Positions 59,925-64,000 of a DNA stretch of 64,000 bases are shown piece by piece. Position numbers and translations under genes: made by a program. Under the pieces are notes generated by a model, which saw only the letters and a list, made by a program, of their open reading frames with translations, was not told where the DNA came from and searched no databases. Each line of letters opens with the position of its first letter. The stretch's first letter is position 1. The DNA comes from Vitrella brassicaformis CCMP3155. Its lineage: Eukaryota > Protista > Chromerida. The stretch lies in the NCBI GenBank assembly GCA_001179505.1, contig CDMY01000308.1:63637-127636 (forward strand), given 5' to 3'.

Positions 59925-62900
59925 ATGGGCCGGGGACACACGCGTTGGTCCACGGCACGAACGAACACGAACAGTCTGAAGCGCGGTGTGATTGACCTGA
60001 CGCAAGATGACGCACACGACGGCACTGCCGAGAATCCTCAAGACCTCACTCAAGACGCCGACGAGGCCCTGGCCAAGCGAGCAGAGCCCGCCCGCAAGAA
60101 GGGAAGGGTGAGTGAGACCGCCTGGCTATGGCGGTGCCAGCCCTTCTACCTCAATGCGATAGTGGACTATGGGCGCGATGGCGAGGGCAGCGAGGGCTGC
60201 TTGAGCATTCGGGACGTCATCGATGGGCCTGTGCAGGAGGTGAGTGAGTGGGTGGGTGGGAAGATGCGGTCTGAGGGAGCCTTTGACGTGTTTGTTGTGT
60301 TGTGCAGATGTTGCTCGCCAGCATGAGGTTTGACCTAGTCGGTGAGATGACGACAGGCAGTCTGTCTGTCGGCCACACACACACACATTGGTTCTTGCCG
60401 TCTTGTTGTGTCAGCCGTGGTTGGTGGATGAGTGTCCCGTCATGAAGACAATGAGGCGCATCACCATACTCACTGGAGACCCTCGCCACCAACCCCAAAG
60501 GAAAGGTGGTGAACTGACGAAGTGAGGCAAACGCGTCCGTGTGTGAATGGCTGGCTGTCTGTGTGTGTGTGCAGTAGACAGAGTGGAGGAGCTTCGACAG
60601 GATGCTACTAATCTCCAATCGCATGGGCCGAAGGTGCCGGTGGAAGTTTGCCCTCTGAGAGACGCCTACGCCTCGTTTCACCCCAAGCTGATCATCCTGA
60701 CGTACGCCGACCACATCCGGGTGTGCATCGCGTCAGCCAACTTCACATACAGCAACTGGTGGGCGGGGAGGGAGGAAGAGGCTTCATGGGGGGGGGGGGG
60801 GGNNNNNNNNNNNNNNNNNNNNNNNNNNNNNNNNNNNNNNNNNNNNNNNNNNNNNNNNNNNNNNNNNNNNNNNNNNNNNNNNNNNNNNNNNNNNNNNNNN
60901 NNNNNNNNNNNNNNNNNNNNNNNNNNNNNNNNNNNNNNNNNNNNNNNNNNNNNNNNNNNNNNNNNNNNNNNNNNNNNNNNNNNNNNNNNNNNNNNNNNNN
61001 NNNNNNNNNNNNNNNNNNNNNNNNNNNNNNNNNNNNNNNNNNNNNNNNNNNNNNNNNNNNNNNNNNNNNNNNNNNNNNNNNNNNNNNNNNNNNNNNNNNN
61101 NNGGGGGTGGGACGTCACCTGTGTGTGTGGTGTTGATAGGTGGCGGAGGAACCAGGCCATCTATGTGCAGGACTTCCCCCGCAAGAAGCAGCAGCAGCAG
61201 CAGCAGCAACAGGGCAGCCAGCCATCAACAGACGACATGGAGAGTGAGGCGGACAAAATGAGTCCGGCCATCCTTGTGTGTCTTAAGTTGGCTTGTGTGT
61301 CAGATCATCTGGCGGACTTCCTTCACGCCACGACGAAGGCGGGCGATTGGTGCAACAAGGTCCGCGAATTCGACTACTCGACAGCCATCGGCAAAATAGT
61401 CGCGTCTGTGCCGGTCAGCCGAACACATAGGGAGGGGGAGGGCCATGACAGCATTCACTCATACGACAGACGCGTTCCTGCTGTGTGGATGTCTGTGCGT
61501 GTCACGTGCCTGCAGGGCAGCCACCAGGCTCCCGATGTCAACCGGTGGGGCCACATGAGAATGCGGGAGCTGCTCAAGAACCAGCCGGACCCCCAAGACT
61601 GGACAAGGTGAGCACGTGACGGCCGCACCGTCTTCGTCATGTGCTCCTTCCGCCCGCCGGATCTCTGTCTGTCTGTCTGTCTGCGCTTATTTCTTCATGT
61701 GTTTGTTTGCATCAGGTCCCACTTGGTGTGTCAGGTGCCGTCGGTCGGCAGCCTCGACGAAGACTTCATAGAAGACCTCATCGGTGAGGGCTCAAAATGG
61801 CCGATGTGGGGCCACTTGACGCTCCTGATGGATGGATCGCAGGTGGTCTGTGTGTGAGCCCATCCCATCCCGAGATAGCAGAAGGCACGCACCTGACGTG
61901 GCAGCTCATCCTCCCGACCGTAGACGAAGTCAGCACCGCACATTCACACCAAAGAGGGCTGTAGACATGCCTGGGGACACTCTCAGTGTGCTGTCCGTCG
62001 TCCCTTGTGTGCAGGTTCGGAACTCATTGGAGGGATGGGTGGCGGGCGAGTAAGAATGACGTCGACACACACACTGCACACACAACGCCGATATCGCACC
62101 ACATGGCTGTCTGTGTGGTTCTTCCCTCTCGCTCTCAGGGCCATTCACGTCACGAAGGACCGTCTGCTGGTCGCCGACAAGCGGGAGCCCGGCAAGAGGG
62201 AAGACCTACCCCCAGATGTTTTCCACAGATGGGGCTACCACAAACCCAACGGCGAGCCGGCGTGCCGCGGTGCCGCCCTCCCCCACCCGCCCAACAGGAC
62301 GTCGGCGTGCCCCCACCTCAAGACGTTCCTCAAGTGAGCCACAGACACACAGACACAGACATGCACAACCACGGAGGCATATGTGTGTGCCGTCCGCTGT
62401 GTGTGTTGCAGGTACGGTCATCGTGCGGGCGACAGCAGCAAGCGGCCCGAGCTGGCCTGGGTCTATGTCGGCAGCCACAATCTCAGCAAAGTGAGTGAGC
62501 CGACAAACAGTGACACATCTGTGGTTCCTCTCTCACGATCCTCGTGTGTGTTGTGTGCCACACACATGCAGGCGGCGTGGGGCGAGCTGCAGGACAACGA
62601 CAACAAGCTGTCCATCCGGTCATATGAGCTGGGTATCCTCATCTCACCACACACACTCCGCGGCCGCACCCCGCCCCCACCACACACCACCCCCCACACA
62701 CAGCTGGCCGGCTCATCGTCATCCAGCAGCAGCAGCAGCGGTGCCGCCACGCAGATGCGGTCATTCATGTGGCGCAAGAGCAATCACACAGGTCGGTCGA
62801 TCGACACAGACAGACGGCACACATGCAGCCCACATCCACGCGTCTTGTGTGGGTGATGGGCTGTGTGCACTGCACGGCCCTCTCCCCTGCCCCGCCTCTA

Positions 62901-63114
62901 CGCGGCCACTTCTCGGTGCCCGAGCGGTCCACCTGATGTGCCGCTGATCGGTGTGCCTCTGCCCTATCCCCTGCCGCCGGTGCCCTACGGCCATTGCCAC
63001 GTGGTGTGGACGACAAACGGCGCACACACTGGGCCGGACAGCCTTGGCAAGGAGGCCGGGGGTGACGGCGCGAGCAAGAGTGTTCAGGTCAGTTCCTCGC
63101 GGGCTGACTTCTGA
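59925..63114 (+). CDS. TDP1: Tyrosyl-DNA phosphodiesterase 1, multi-exon, spans a gap
   Basis: Two HxK motifs: ASFHPKLIILTY..RVCIASANF and ACPHLKTFLKY..AWVYVGSHNLSKAAWG..IRSYELGILI; also KIVASVPG, CQVPSVGSL and VPLPYPLPPVPY. Stop at 63112-63114. Confidence 0.95.
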
Positions 63115-63477
63115 TGTGGAGTGTGAGCGGGGGAAAGGGAGTTGTGGGTTGGTGTAGATAGATACAGTACACGATAGCCTTCTCGTCGATGTGTGCGCAC
63201 CGACTGGAACTCATGCAAATGCCCTCATGAATGCATTGGAATGAATGGGCGAAGAGCGCACGCAACTTAGAGGCAGGCAGGCAGGCATGAACACACACAC
63301 ACACACACACGCACGCACACAGAGAGAGAGAGAGAGAGAGGCCCATGCGCAGTGCACGCCCCCTCCCTCCCTCCCTCTCTGCACACACAGCCCCCCCCCC
63401 ACTGCGCACATCCGTGTGTGGCAAGGCGCCTGCCTGCGTGCTGCGCACTCCTGCACAACCGCATTCACGAAATTCAC

Positions 63478-63526
63478 AAACCCTACACAGCATAATTAGG
63501 GTTTAGGGTGTGGGGTTCCAAACCCT
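63478..63526. promoter_or_regulatory. Cluster of telo-box/telomere-like motifs upstream of a probable gene start
   Basis: aaacccta (63478-63485) and its reverse complement tagggttt (63497-63504), continuing as agggt, plus aaaccct at 63520-63526. Confidence 0.35.
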
Positions 63527-63551
63527 GCAAGCTTAGAGGTGCTGGGGGGAA

Positions 63552-64000
63552 ATGCACACCGCACAGACCGCCGCAGATCAGATCTCCGCAGAGAGGCTCA
63601 CAGGAAGGCCACACACGCAGTCAGGAGCAGCCAGAAGGACAAGTAAGCTGACATATCTCTCTGTTTCTTTGTCTGTCTGTGTGTGCAGGTCGAGATGGCG
63701 TGCTGCGCCAAGACTCCGAGGCTCAATTTGGATGCCAGAGGATTGCTCTCGATGAAGGCTGTGCTATGCGCCGACCAATCGGCCTCTGCGGAACTTCTCG
63801 CTGACCCCTCAATGCCTCTCCCATTTTTGTCCATCTCTGCAGGCCCGTGTTTGGCTCTGTGGGTGCGGCCCGGTCCATCCGACGCATGCTTCAGGTGCAT
63901 CAGCTCATGGGCGACACAGGTGCCAAAGGAGAGGGCAGCAGCACACACACAGCCAGAGCACCGACGCTGGCGGGATTTTCACCTTTCTGACTGTAGGGTT
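63552..64000 (+). CDS. Possible 5' exons of an unidentified gene running out of the window
   Basis: Splice-like donor gtaag (63642) and TG-rich acceptor (63688); no recognisable motif; frame unresolved. Confidence 0.2.

Noticed and set aside
63497-63509. TTAGGGTTTAGGG as a chromosome end
   Set aside because: Only about two units with ordinary sequence on both sides; treated as a telo-box.
1-64000. Hundreds of ORFs rich in VCVCVC, THTHTH, SLSLSL, RERERE, MDGWMDG
   Set aside because: Translations of intronic or intergenic (TG)n, (CA)n, (TC)n, (GA)n and (ATGG)n microsatellites; real exons are bounded by GT/AG inside them.
1-64000. CRISPR arrays, tRNA/rRNA genes, transposase or reverse transcriptase ORFs
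   Set aside because: No regularly spaced repeats with unique spacers, no cloverleaf or rRNA signature, and no DDE, RT or HUH motifs recognised by eye; small RNAs could have been missed.

Overview
Eukaryotic, intron-rich, GC-rich genomic DNA with (CA)n/(TG)n/(GA)n/(GACA)n/(ATGG)n microsatellites in most introns and six 300-nt assembly gaps. Style and gene families suggest a chromerid alveolate such as Vitrella brassicaformis (inference). Most ORFs in the supplied track are microsatellite artefacts, so I rebuilt genes by hand from GT..AG splice sites; gene ends are approximate. Housekeeping genes: ataxin-2/PBP1-like (3' part), SPFH/band-7, VTT/TMEM64-like, plastid-type RluA pseudouridine synthase, SLC25A38/Hem25-like carrier, TMCO1, a degenerate ribonucleotide reductase R2 paralogue and TDP1. 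Two accessory tracts lie among them. 11.7-16.4 kb is decayed and holds a Josephin pseudogene. About 23.4-56.3 kb holds an ankyrin protein, an orphan TDP1 exon, an apparently intact divergent Josephin deubiquitinase, a TRRAP relic, a Crinkler/RHS-type NTPase-nuclease with a signal+transit-like leader, two pairs of F-box-like paralogues and a kinase-ankyrin gene. Top leads: the leader-bearing CRN/RHS nuclease, the Josephins, the radical-less R2 and self-complementary CA...TG introns.
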